A DNA stretch of 18,683 nt from a bacterium (GTDB lineage: Bacteria > Electryoneota > Electryoneia > Electryoneales > Electryoneaceae), in contig JAZDLX010000133.1 in assembly GCA_043801585.1 (NCBI GenBank), positions 1-18,683 of the forward strand. Reading direction: 5' to 3'. Each line of letters starts with the position of its first letter. Positions within the stretch are counted from its first letter, which is position 1. Of this stretch, positions 1 to 7,933 are shown piece after piece. A model generated the notes under the pieces. That model made no database searches. It was not told where the DNA came from and worked only from the letters and a program-made list of their open reading frames with translations. Both the position numbers and the translations under genes were made by a program.

Positions 1-206
1 AGAAGGAACAGGTTACGTAACGATTTGGATTTGTTCTTCAGAGGAATCCATGATGTTCGTCGCTTGTCGAACCAGCCAAACAGTATTAATGCAATAAACG
101 GGATAAATTGCAGAGCATAAGCACTCAGCTTATGCTGGTGAGAGTAATAATAGAACTGAATTCCGTAGATGCTGAACAACAGCCATATGCCAACGCGTAG
201 TATCAT
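1..206 (-). CDS. N-terminal part of a hydrophobic membrane protein running off the left edge (candidate Wzy polymerase / O-antigen ligase-like); not in the supplied ORF track
   Basis: Manual translation from ATG at 206 gives MILRVGIWLLFSIYGIQFYYYSHQHKLSAYALQFIPFIALILFGWFDKRRTSWIPLKNKSKSLRNLFL with no stop before the edge. It has two hydrophobic segments, a GAGGA about 12 nt upstream, and follows the flippase directly. The product call rests on context only. Confidence 0.6.
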   Translation of the reverse strand, partial: MILRVGIWLLFSIYGIQFYYYSHQHKLSAYALQFIPFIALILFGWFDKRRTSWIPLKNKSKSLRNLFL

Positions 207-237
207 TGTTCGATGAAATCCTCGCGAAACCTGTTAA

Positions 238-1641
238 CTACCGCCGTTTGCGGTAGCGCAACACAATCAATAATGCAGCTGTCAAGTATACTACCTTTAC
301 GCCAATGGCAATAAGAGGAGCTGTATAATGCAACGCAAGGTTTACCGGAATCCCGCCTGCCGCGATCAAAAGAAAGACTCCGATGTTAAAGTATTCATAG
401 TGTAGCGGCAAGATACGCTGGGCAAAATAGTAACAGATAGCGAAGAATACCGCATAAGTAATTGCGTGTGTCAGCGCGGCGCCCATCACACCGAATTTCG
501 GGACGAGAAGAAGGTTCAAGCCAACGTTCAATACGGCTGCCGTTATTGTGGATACGCCGATAATCCGTGAATTGCCCGCTCCCAGCGTTAGAACGTTAGC
601 GGGGATGGTGTAAAGAGCATTGAAAAGGAAACCCAATAACAACAGTGGAAATGGTCCCGCTGCACCGTGGTAAGAGGGCGGTGTAAGCAGATGCAACGCC
701 TCCGGCATGAAAAGGTACATCGGAAGAGCAAGCCCGGTCGTCATCGCGACAAGATAGGTGCTCGCTCGGGCCGCATTCTTTTCACGTAATTCGTCTCCTC
801 GCACAAGATTACCAAAGACAGGTATCAAAGCGTTGTTCATTGCGGAAGCCAGCAGGAAAAGCACACTGCTAAGCGTGAAAGCGAAGTTGAAACGTCCAAC
901 ATCCGCCAAGGGAACATGCCGCTCAAGTATCAGACGTCCCACCGACGCGAGCAACCACAGCGAGAGCATATGGGGGATCATCGGGATACTGTAAGCCAAC
1001 GCCCGACGAAACATCTTCGTGTCAAAACGAATCCGGACGTATCTCACTAAAAAGACACCAAGCGGTACAGCAACGACTACATTACCCAGCACCTTTGCAA
1101 GAAGAGCTCCCTCCGCACCACGCTTCAGGCCAACCACCAACCAGAAAGTAAAAGCTGTACTTAACAGGAAAACACCAAGATTCATCGAAGAATACGCAGT
1201 GGGCCGCTCCGCTGCGCGAAACAGTTCTCTTGGAATGGTAACAAACACAGCGGTCAGAAAACCTATCAGCAATGTCAGATGCAGATAAGGATCGAAGGGA
1301 ACCTGCTCAAAGAGCGAGCCATGGAAAGAACGGCCGGCAAACTCGATAAGTATGTATCCGAGTGTGGGTAGTACAATTGAAAATATCCAAATCGTGCCGT
1401 AAAAGGTTCTGCGTTCCTGTTCGTCTTGATAGTCGTAGTAAAATTTCAGTGCGGCACCGCGGATGCCGAGGGTGAAAACAATAGGAAACATCATCGCCAA
1501 AACATTGGCAATTCCGATAATGCCGAAATCCTCCGGCGTTAGAAATGCCGTGTAGATCGGCAGGAGGAAAAAGTTCATGCCCCGAGTGATCAGATCACCC
1601 AGGGCGTACAAGCTGGAAGTTTTAAGCAGCCGTTTCAGCAT
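238..1641 (-). CDS. wzx: Oligosaccharide flippase (Wzx / MOP-PST family)
   Basis: 467 aa with many hydrophobic segments. The N-terminus 'LLKTSSLYALGDLITRGMNFFLLPIYTAFLTPEDFG' and the C-terminal 'LNVGLNLLLVPKFGVMGAA' are typical of polysaccharide flippases. Confidence 0.9.
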   Translation of the reverse strand: MLKRLLKTSSLYALGDLITRGMNFFLLPIYTAFLTPEDFGIIGIANVLAMMFPIVFTLGIRGAALKFYYDYQDEQERRTFYGTIWIFSIVLPTLGYILIEFAGRSFHGSLFEQVPFDPYLHLTLLIGFLTAVFVTIPRELFRAAERPTAYSSMNLGVFLLSTAFTFWLVVGLKRGAEGALLAKVLGNVVVAVPLGVFLVRYVRIRFDTKMFRRALAYSIPMIPHMLSLWLLASVGRLILERHVPLADVGRFNFAFTLSSVLFLLASAMNNALIPVFGNLVRGDELREKNAARASTYLVAMTTGLALPMYLFMPEALHLLTPPSYHGAAGPFPLLLLGFLFNALYTIPANVLTLGAGNSRIIGVSTITAAVLNVGLNLLLVPKFGVMGAALTHAITYAVFFAICYYFAQRILPLHYEYFNIGVFLLIAAGGIPVNLALHYTAPLIAIGVKVVYLTAALLIVLRYRKRR

Positions 1642-1661
1642 TAGGAAGTTCCGGTCCGGGA

Positions 1662-2549
1662 TCAGAGTCCGTAGAAAAGATTTCTAAGTTTCGTTCTCCA
1701 GTACCAGGATTTTGAACAGTTTTGGAGGTGCTGAAAGTCCACAGGATCTCTGACCGCAATGATATTGCCGTGGGCGAGATCGCTCCCCCGTGGCTGACCT
1801 GGGTACACCCAGATTTCCCGCCATTTGTGAGGTCCGCCGTAGCGCACGACAGGATACCACTCCGAAACCAATATGAAATATCCTCTTTCGCGCAAATAGT
1901 CAGCCATGTTCTGAAAGGTGTACTTAAGGGAGACCGTTTTGCGATCCTCAAATTCGGCGAGAATCATACGGGGCTTTATCGAGTCCCAATTCAGACCTTT
2001 CAACACAAACAGGTCATAGCCTTCTGTATCGATCTTCAGGACATCAATTCCGCTGATTCCTTTATCGTTGCAGTATTTTTCAAGCGTTATGATATCAACG
2101 CTGGCAGTTTTTTTATGGCTTTCATGGAACGGGGTTAGCGTACTGATACCTGTTGATATATCGCTGCTGTAGAAAGCAACATCGGAGCGAATTTCATTGG
2201 ATATGGCCCGGTTATCTCGCACGACGTTGGGAAAACAACTCGTTTCCTCGGTCAATATCGCCATCATTTTGGGGTCAGGTTCAAACGCATGGACTTGCCA
2301 GCCCGCTTTCGCGTAAGGGAGGAGAGTCACACCTTTGTTCGCTCCGACATCGAACATTGTACCGGGCTTGCCAGAGCGAAACGCAACGGATGCCATTAAA
2401 TCAGTTTCACTGATCGTTATGATCTTTGAAAGGCAAGCACGCAGCCTTTTTGGAAAAAGCCATTTGACTCGCTGCCACACTCTGTAGAGGAAACCGATGA
2501 ATGAATGCATGAATCTGTCCTTGGTAAAGTATAAAATCCCTGTCATCAA
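1662..2549 (-). CDS. FkbM-family SAM-dependent methyltransferase (start could be 2549, 2546 or 2510)
   Basis: Motifs 'FDVGANKG', 'HAFEPDP' and 'IDVLKIDTEGYD' are hallmarks of FkbM/Methyltransf_21. Confidence 0.9.
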   Translation of the reverse strand: MMTGILYFTKDRFMHSFIGFLYRVWQRVKWLFPKRLRACLSKIITISETDLMASVAFRSGKPGTMFDVGANKGVTLLPYAKAGWQVHAFEPDPKMMAILTEETSCFPNVVRDNRAISNEIRSDVAFYSSDISTGISTLTPFHESHKKTASVDIITLEKYCNDKGISGIDVLKIDTEGYDLFVLKGLNWDSIKPRMILAEFEDRKTVSLKYTFQNMADYLRERGYFILVSEWYPVVRYGGPHKWREIWVYPGQPRGSDLAHGNIIAVRDPVDFQHLQNCSKSWYWRTKLRNLFYGL

Positions 2550-2557
2550 ATGTGAAG

Positions 2558-3763
2558 TCAGGCAGCGACGTCTTCCAGGTCGTTCAACAGTCCCTGCTGA
2601 AAACGTGAACTGTGAAATTCTTCGCGCCTATCGAATAATTTATTGGGCTTGGACATGAAAGCATTTGACATGGCTTGCCTTATAGAATCAACATTTTCTG
2701 GGGAACACAATTCTCCCCAAACGTTTTTCGCAAAAAGCCCCATCCAGTTTTCCTCACTGCATACGACCTGTTTGCCAAGCACATAGGATTTGATCAGAAC
2801 CCCAGAAGTGCCATAAAACCCCTCATAAGGAATGCACACACAGTCCGCGGCCTTCAAACAATCCACACTTTCGTCTATGCTGAGAATACGATTCTCTATA
2901 ATGAGTGCGCCCGATTCGATCAATCTCCTGGTCGCTGGATTCTCGAGCTCAGCATGTATCCTCGGATCGGCCAGTTGTCCCGCAATGAGTAAACGAGTAG
3001 CCTCAAAACCTGGCTGCTCTCTTAGTTTCCTGAAAGCAGCAATAAGCGCCGCCGTTCCCTTCTTACGATTGTGGAAACCAAAGGTAATAAACAGATAATC
3101 ATTTTGGGAAATTCCAAAACGTTTTTTCAGCTCCTCTTGATCATAATCAGTTTCATAGAATGCCGCCTCAACCGGGTCGGCAATTAAATCAAACTTATCG
3201 CGTTTCATGGTTTTAGTGAGGTAATCAACGGCATATTCGTCAAATAGATGAAGACAACGTAGATTAGAATCATGCGAAAGCAGGAAAAGAGCAAGCATAC
3301 GCCCCATATCACGTAACCGACTTCTGATACTACTCTCCGTTTTGGCTTGAATACCGCCATAGCGCGTATAGTCGATTGTCGGGCCAAGGTAGATTGAGGA
3401 CCAAGGCGCTGCAAAGGCTCTTCCACCCTTGAGTAAATACGACTGAATCAGCACGGAGATCCAATTATCCAGCGTGATAAGGTAGACATGGACAGGGCAA
3501 AGCTCGTGAATGACTGAATTAATTTCCTGGAAGTCTTTCTGAGTCGGTTTTCCATTTTCACCAAACGAATTACCTTTCAGATATCGGATCGTCAGATTTG
3601 GGGCAAATTGAAGAAGTGTTGGGAACAGCAGAGTATTCTTTATTTCTTCAGTAGCTAACAAAACCACATTCTGCTTCCGTGCCATCAAGGCTTCGCAAAG
3701 CAGGAGAAGATGGGCCTGATGATGACCGTTATATTTATCCTCAACAATCAGGATGGGATTCAC
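2558..3763 (-). CDS. GT-B fold glycosyltransferase, GT4-like
   Basis: N-terminal 'GHH', then 'FITFGFHNRKKG' and 'ADCVCIPYEGFYGTSGVLIKSYVLGKQVVCS', resembling the GT4 C-terminal domain. GTG start overlaps the upstream stop (GTGA). Confidence 0.8.
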   Translation of the reverse strand: MNPILIVEDKYNGHHQAHLLLLCEALMARKQNVVLLATEEIKNTLLFPTLLQFAPNLTIRYLKGNSFGENGKPTQKDFQEINSVIHELCPVHVYLITLDNWISVLIQSYLLKGGRAFAAPWSSIYLGPTIDYTRYGGIQAKTESSIRSRLRDMGRMLALFLLSHDSNLRCLHLFDEYAVDYLTKTMKRDKFDLIADPVEAAFYETDYDQEELKKRFGISQNDYLFITFGFHNRKKGTAALIAAFRKLREQPGFEATRLLIAGQLADPRIHAELENPATRRLIESGALIIENRILSIDESVDCLKAADCVCIPYEGFYGTSGVLIKSYVLGKQVVCSEENWMGLFAKNVWGELCSPENVDSIRQAMSNAFMSKPNKLFDRREEFHSSRFQQGLLNDLEDVAA

Positions 3764-4641
3764 TTCACCTCCGTATCAAAGAGAGAAGCATAATCCACTT
3801 TGTCAAATACATCTAGTTTCGTTCCCGGGGTTGCGTTATAAATAGAACGGCCGTCCTTTTCATACTCCTCTTTAGCCTTTCGGTAGGCCATCTCAATCAG
3901 TTTGATTTGTGGAACATGCCACCGATATCCCTTTCCAAAATACGTAGGATCGAAGTGGTTAGAATCCTCCGAGTCGCTGAGTATACGGTCCGTTCCGTAT
4001 TTATTCGGTTCTATAATCGGCTTTTCCGGGATCTTATAGTCATGATCAAATCCGATCAGATATATTTTCCGGAATCCCATATAATATGCAAGCTGCATAT
4101 GGACGAAAGAAACAGTATGGTTGCCATAAATAACTTCACTGATATCTTTAGTAAACTCAGGATAATTTTGGGGTGCTCTGACACGTAGAAACAGGGTGTT
4201 ATTGTCCCTTTTTGCAAAATTTGCCCTTTCTAGAGTGAAAAATTTGATGGAATCCTTTAGAGCGTTAATATCTTTATGACGATCTTCCATGACAAGTGGA
4301 TCGGATACGGCATAGTATGTCGGACGCCATTTAATACGATCATATAGCAAATAGATAGCGTTAGCGGCAAAGGTAATTTCACCTTCGAGCAACGAAAGAT
4401 CTAGTCGATTCAGACTAGGTCCATTGCCGATAATGAAACATCGTGCGCGATCAGAGTGTATGTCTCGAAATCCAGCCAACTTTGGACAATCGATTCGTTG
4501 CCATTGATGACATGCACGTTGATAACGTATTGTTCCGATGACGTAGGAAATGAAATTGATCTTTTTCGATACAGGCAAACGTTGTGGACAAAAACCCAAT
4601 TGGCTTACAAATCTCTGTATTTGTTTCTTTAAAGCTGACAT
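3760..4641 (-). CDS. DUF115 / Maf / MptE-like protein resembling CstII-type sialyltransferases; putative CMP-ulosonate transferase
   Basis: 'RCFIIGNGPSLNRLDL', 'TFAANAIY', 'PTYYAVSD' and 'LAYYMGFRKIYLIGFDHDY' match the IxGNGPSL...GFxxIYLxGxD pattern shared by DUF115/Maf and GT42 proteins. Confidence 0.8.
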   Translation of the reverse strand: MSALKKQIQRFVSQLGFCPQRLPVSKKINFISYVIGTIRYQRACHQWQRIDCPKLAGFRDIHSDRARCFIIGNGPSLNRLDLSLLEGEITFAANAIYLLYDRIKWRPTYYAVSDPLVMEDRHKDINALKDSIKFFTLERANFAKRDNNTLFLRVRAPQNYPEFTKDISEVIYGNHTVSFVHMQLAYYMGFRKIYLIGFDHDYKIPEKPIIEPNKYGTDRILSDSEDSNHFDPTYFGKGYRWHVPQIKLIEMAYRKAKEEYEKDGRSIYNATPGTKLDVFDKVDYASLFDTEVK

Positions 4642-4667
4642 GCCTGAACCCTTTATAGAGTATCTTT

Positions 4668-4697
4668 AGACTATTACCTAGATACATGCACTATCAA
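4668..4697 (-). promoter_or_regulatory. Candidate internal sigma70-like promoter at the module junction
   Basis: Minus strand reads TTGATA (4697-4692), 18 nt, TAGTCT (4673-4668) in the AT-rich gap before the DUF115 gene. It could be a chance match. Confidence 0.25.
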
Positions 4698-4703
4698 CTG
4701 GCA

Positions 4704-5366
4704 TCAAGTAAATCCAATAACCGTGCACGGACCGCCATCGCCCCTCCGAAGACGCAGTGGCGATACGACAACACGCGCCAGCCGACCATCTACCTCAGCC
4801 AGCGCCATGTCCTCAATCGCTAGGATAGGATGTCCCGGACGGTTTGGATCAAGCAATCCACGGTGCGCCTCACGGCCTTCCATTCGATGCAGACTCGAAG
4901 TGACGGAGATGACGTCCATTCCCAGAGCTCGAACAGTGGGATAATGTTCCCGCAGCCAGCCGCCCAGCGAAGGGGCGATCCCGGGATTTCGCGCCCAGTA
5001 AACCTCTTCACCGCGATACTTCTCAAATCCTGTACGCAACAATAACAGGTCCGTTCCCTCCGGGATGTGACCTGCGACATCTCCCGGCTCGATCAGGTGC
5101 CCCTCTTCGCCCGGCACGTCAATGAGTACGGGACGGTCGAACACCCAGAATTCAGCGGGGAAATCAGAGAGGGTCGGCACGTCCTCGGCAAAATGGTACG
5201 GCGTATCCACATGGGTGCCGAGATGATTGGGCAGCGTCAGGCGAACGGTGTTCGCCGTGTCGCCCGCGGCGATGCTGGTGAGCCTGTCGATCTTCAGGCT
5301 TTCACCGCCCCCATAGGCTGGAGTGTCCTCCGCCAGTTCGTGGGACAGCCAGATGATTTTACTCAT
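4704..5366 (-). CDS. Cyclase-family (kynurenine formamidase/KynB-like) metal-dependent hydrolase
   Basis: Signature HxGTHxDxPxH ('NHLGTHVDTPYHF'), plus 'LLLLRTG', 'LGMDVIS', 'IEDM' and 'PLRLRRGDGGP'. Start overlaps the upstream stop (ATGAGTAA). Confidence 0.9.
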   Translation of the reverse strand: MSKIIWLSHELAEDTPAYGGGESLKIDRLTSIAAGDTANTVRLTLPNHLGTHVDTPYHFAEDVPTLSDFPAEFWVFDRPVLIDVPGEEGHLIEPGDVAGHIPEGTDLLLLRTGFEKYRGEEVYWARNPGIAPSLGGWLREHYPTVRALGMDVISVTSSLHRMEGREAHRGLLDPNRPGHPILAIEDMALAEVDGRLARVVVSPLRLRRGDGGPCTVIGFT

Positions 5367-6078
5367 GGGCCGTACCCCTGCTGTCCGACGATAGTCTTTC
5401 TTGCATCATTGCCTCAGCGATGGACCAGTCGATCGGTTCGTCGATGTCCACAGCCTCGTAGGGGTCCATCGGCAACAGCATCGGGTTCGTCCCGATCCGG
5501 TTTCCGCGCTCATTGAAGACCGAGCGGCTGAAAAGGTAGATACAGGAGTTCTCTTCATAAACCGTCGGGAGCTCCTGGGTCTTGATCAGTTTCTCTGGAT
5601 CATGGTTCACCGGTCGTCCATCCGAAAAGTAGAACCTTTTCTGGATGGGCGTCACGGTGAAAAGCGAATCGCGCTCACCGCGTTCCGACGAGAAAAAGGT
5701 TTCCACCGCCCGATCCACCGTCGCCGAAAGCAACAGCGGGTTGGTGCTGTGAGTCTGAAGAAACCATTCCCCCCCGGTGATCGAGAGGTCGTGCGCCATG
5801 ATCTGGTTCGCCTCGTTGCTGGTGATGGTCAGCAGGTGATCGGGGCGCATGTGTATGGTGACGTCGAAATTCGAACGGGCGCTGGCAGCGATCTCCTCGG
5901 AGTCCGTGTTGATGATGATCTCACCGATGTGGTGGCTTTGGGTAAGCACGTCCATGATCCAGTGGAAGAGGGGGCGGCCGCAGAATTCCCTCATGTTTTT
6001 ACGGGGTACGCGTTCGGAGTGGCCCTTCATGAAAAGGAGTGCCTTGATCGGAGGAATCTTGCTCATGATCCGGCTCAC
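5359..6078 (-). CDS. Acylneuraminate/ulosonate cytidylyltransferase (NeuA/KdsB-like); start at GTG 6078 or ATG 6066
   Basis: 'MKGHSERVPRKN' is a variant of ARxxSKRxxxKN; also 'INTDSEEI', 'QTHSTNPL', 'KTQEL', 'YEENSCIY' and 'AVDIDEPIDW'. Confidence 0.9.
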   Translation of the reverse strand: MSRIMSKIPPIKALLFMKGHSERVPRKNMREFCGRPLFHWIMDVLTQSHHIGEIIINTDSEEIAASARSNFDVTIHMRPDHLLTITSNEANQIMAHDLSITGGEWFLQTHSTNPLLLSATVDRAVETFFSSERGERDSLFTVTPIQKRFYFSDGRPVNHDPEKLIKTQELPTVYEENSCIYLFSRSVFNERGNRIGTNPMLLPMDPYEAVDIDEPIDWSIAEAMMQERLSSDSRGTAHE

Positions 6079-6854
6079 TTCTCGCGGATACTGCGAAGAA
6101 ACGCTGACTCATCGCGCATTTTCTCGGCGAAGAACACCATATCGTCGCCGTAGGCGATGAAGGAATAGCCCGCTTCGATCCGGACGCGAAGCTGTTTGTG
6201 GTCGGTGTGGACAACGTGAATTCCGCCAGGCTTCCCGCTCGAGCGCATGACCTTCTCGACCTTCTCGAGCGCGGCTTTTACCTCCGGATGATCGAAATTC
6301 CCGGGTTGGTTGACCGAACCGGACAGGTCGTAAGGACCGACGATGAAACCGTCAACGCCATCAACAGCGAGAATCGCCTCGAGGTTCGCTACCGCATCGA
6401 CATGTTCGATCTGAACGATGACGATGGTCTCGTTCAGGCTCCGCTCGCGGTATTCGGGGAATCCCATTCCATAGTCTTGCGCGCGGGAGAGGCCGACGCC
6501 GCGAGTCCCTTTTGGCGGGTAGTAGGCCGCCGAGACCGCTTTGCTCGCCTGCTCGGCGGTGTTGATCATCGGAATAATAACGCCAGCAGCGCCGGAGTCC
6601 AGCGCACGTTTGATGATCAGCGGGTCGTTGTCGCCGACGCGGACCAGTGGAACGCACCCGGCGAGGTCGATGGTCTGGATCATCTGGTGCATCTCGGCAT
6701 AGTCGATGGCTGTGTGCTCGACATCAATCACGAGCCAGTCAAATCCCGACTTCGCCATCACCTCAGTTATCGGACTGAAGCCCCAGGATAGCCAGGATCC
6801 GATGGTCAGCTCCCGGTTGGCCAGCGCTTCTTTCAGCCGGATGGATGTGCTCAC
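6075..6854 (-). CDS. HpcH/HpaI/GarL-family class II pyruvate aldolase; likely start GTG at 6854
   Basis: Catalytic and metal motifs 'IDVEHT', 'LVRV', 'VQIEH' and 'VGPYDLS', plus 'YPPKGTRG'. The GTG at 6854 overlaps the AroB-like stop (GTGA) and follows GGGGAG, so it is preferred over the track start at 6890. Confidence 0.9.
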   Translation of the reverse strand: MSTSIRLKEALANRELTIGSWLSWGFSPITEVMAKSGFDWLVIDVEHTAIDYAEMHQMIQTIDLAGCVPLVRVGDNDPLIIKRALDSGAAGVIIPMINTAEQASKAVSAAYYPPKGTRGVGLSRAQDYGMGFPEYRERSLNETIVIVQIEHVDAVANLEAILAVDGVDGFIVGPYDLSGSVNQPGNFDHPEVKAALEKVEKVMRSSGKPGGIHVVHTDHKQLRVRIEAGYSFIAYGDDMVFFAEKMRDESAFLRSIREK

Positions 6855-7933
6855 GATTTCTCCCCCCGCCATGCTTCGTCCCGGAACCAAGTCTCAATCC
6901 ACTCGCGTCCTTGACCATCGACATCGAGCGTCGTCTTGAACATCTTGCCCAGCCCACGGGTAAGAATCACTTTGACTTCCTTGCCCACGTTCTTCTTGTC
7001 TTTACGGAGAGCGCCGATGAAGGCATCAATGTCGATCTCGCCCAAGGGTACCTCGTCCCAATAACGGACGAGCACTTCGCGTAAACGGTCGCGAAGCGGC
7101 ATGTCGATCAAGCCACTCTTCGCCGAGATGTAGTTGGCGATGTCCATCCCGTGGCTGACTGCGATGCCGTGGGGGACGCGGTAATCGGTGATCGATTCAA
7201 TCGCGTGGCCGAACGAGTGTCCGTAATTGAAAACCTGACGCTCCTTCTGGTCAAACTCATCGATTTCGATGGTCGCCTTCTTCACCTGAAGGCTGATGTG
7301 GATCAGCTCCTCAAGCACGCTTCTGTCTTCAAATGCCTTGGCGCCCACATCACGGATGATCTCGTACTCGTACTCGCCGGCAACGAAGAAGAAGTGGGTC
7401 ATTTCGCCCAAACCGGAGACGATCTCTTTCTGGTGCAACGTCGTGAGGAACTGCAGGTCGATGTAAATCTCGTTCGGCGGATAGAAATTGCCGAGGAGAT
7501 TCTTGAAGCCCCTAAAATTGATGGACGCTTTTCCTCCAATACAGCTATCGCCCTGTGCGAGCAGGGTGGTGGGGAAGAATATCCATTCCGCTCTCCGGTA
7601 GATGTTCGCTGCGATGAAGGTGACGATGTCCTGGGTAATCCCGCCACCGATGGCTACGAGTCTGTTGTTCTTGCGGAATCCACCCTCGATCAGTTCCTGG
7701 ATTACCGGCTCGATCTCTGTATAGCTTTTCTTCTTTTCCAATGCCTCGATCACGATGGGGTTGTAGTCATCCAGAATATCCCCGAAGCGATCCTTGTGCA
7801 GGTTCAGGACGTTGGCATCGATAACAACGCGGTCCCCCTCACAAAGCACTTCCTGCAAGGTGACGGCGACATCGTCGATAAAGTTCACTTTATAGTCATG
7901 TACGGCAGACCGTATCTCGAGATTCTTAGACAC
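6851..7933 (-). CDS. AroB/3-dehydroquinate-synthase-like sugar-phosphate cyclase (divergent paralog, probably not the housekeeping aroB)
   Basis: 'AIGGGITQD', 'PTTLLAQGDSCIGGK', 'KNLLGNFYPP', 'SGLGEMTH', 'RQVFNYGHSFGHAIE', 'HGIAV' and 'DKK' are NAD- and metal-binding motifs of the DHQS superfamily. Confidence 0.9.
   Translation of the reverse strand: MSKNLEIRSAVHDYKVNFIDDVAVTLQEVLCEGDRVVIDANVLNLHKDRFGDILDDYNPIVIEALEKKKSYTEIEPVIQELIEGGFRKNNRLVAIGGGITQDIVTFIAANIYRRAEWIFFPTTLLAQGDSCIGGKASINFRGFKNLLGNFYPPNEIYIDLQFLTTLHQKEIVSGLGEMTHFFFVAGEYEYEIIRDVGAKAFEDRSVLEELIHISLQVKKATIEIDEFDQKERQVFNYGHSFGHAIESITDYRVPHGIAVSHGMDIANYISAKSGLIDMPLRDRLREVLVRYWDEVPLGEIDIDAFIGALRKDKKNVGKEVKVILTRGLGKMFKTTLDVDGQGREWIETWFRDEAWRGEKS

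Noticed and set aside
6855..6890. Track start of the aldolase at 6890
   Set aside because: It overlaps the AroB-like gene by 40 nt; GTG 6854 has an RBS and a standard GTGA coupling.
6851..7933. Mycosporine/gadusol or aminocyclitol antibiotic cluster
   Set aside because: No adjacent O-methyltransferase/ATP-grasp pair, MT-Ox, aminotransferase or cyclitol kinase; the context is a surface glycan locus.
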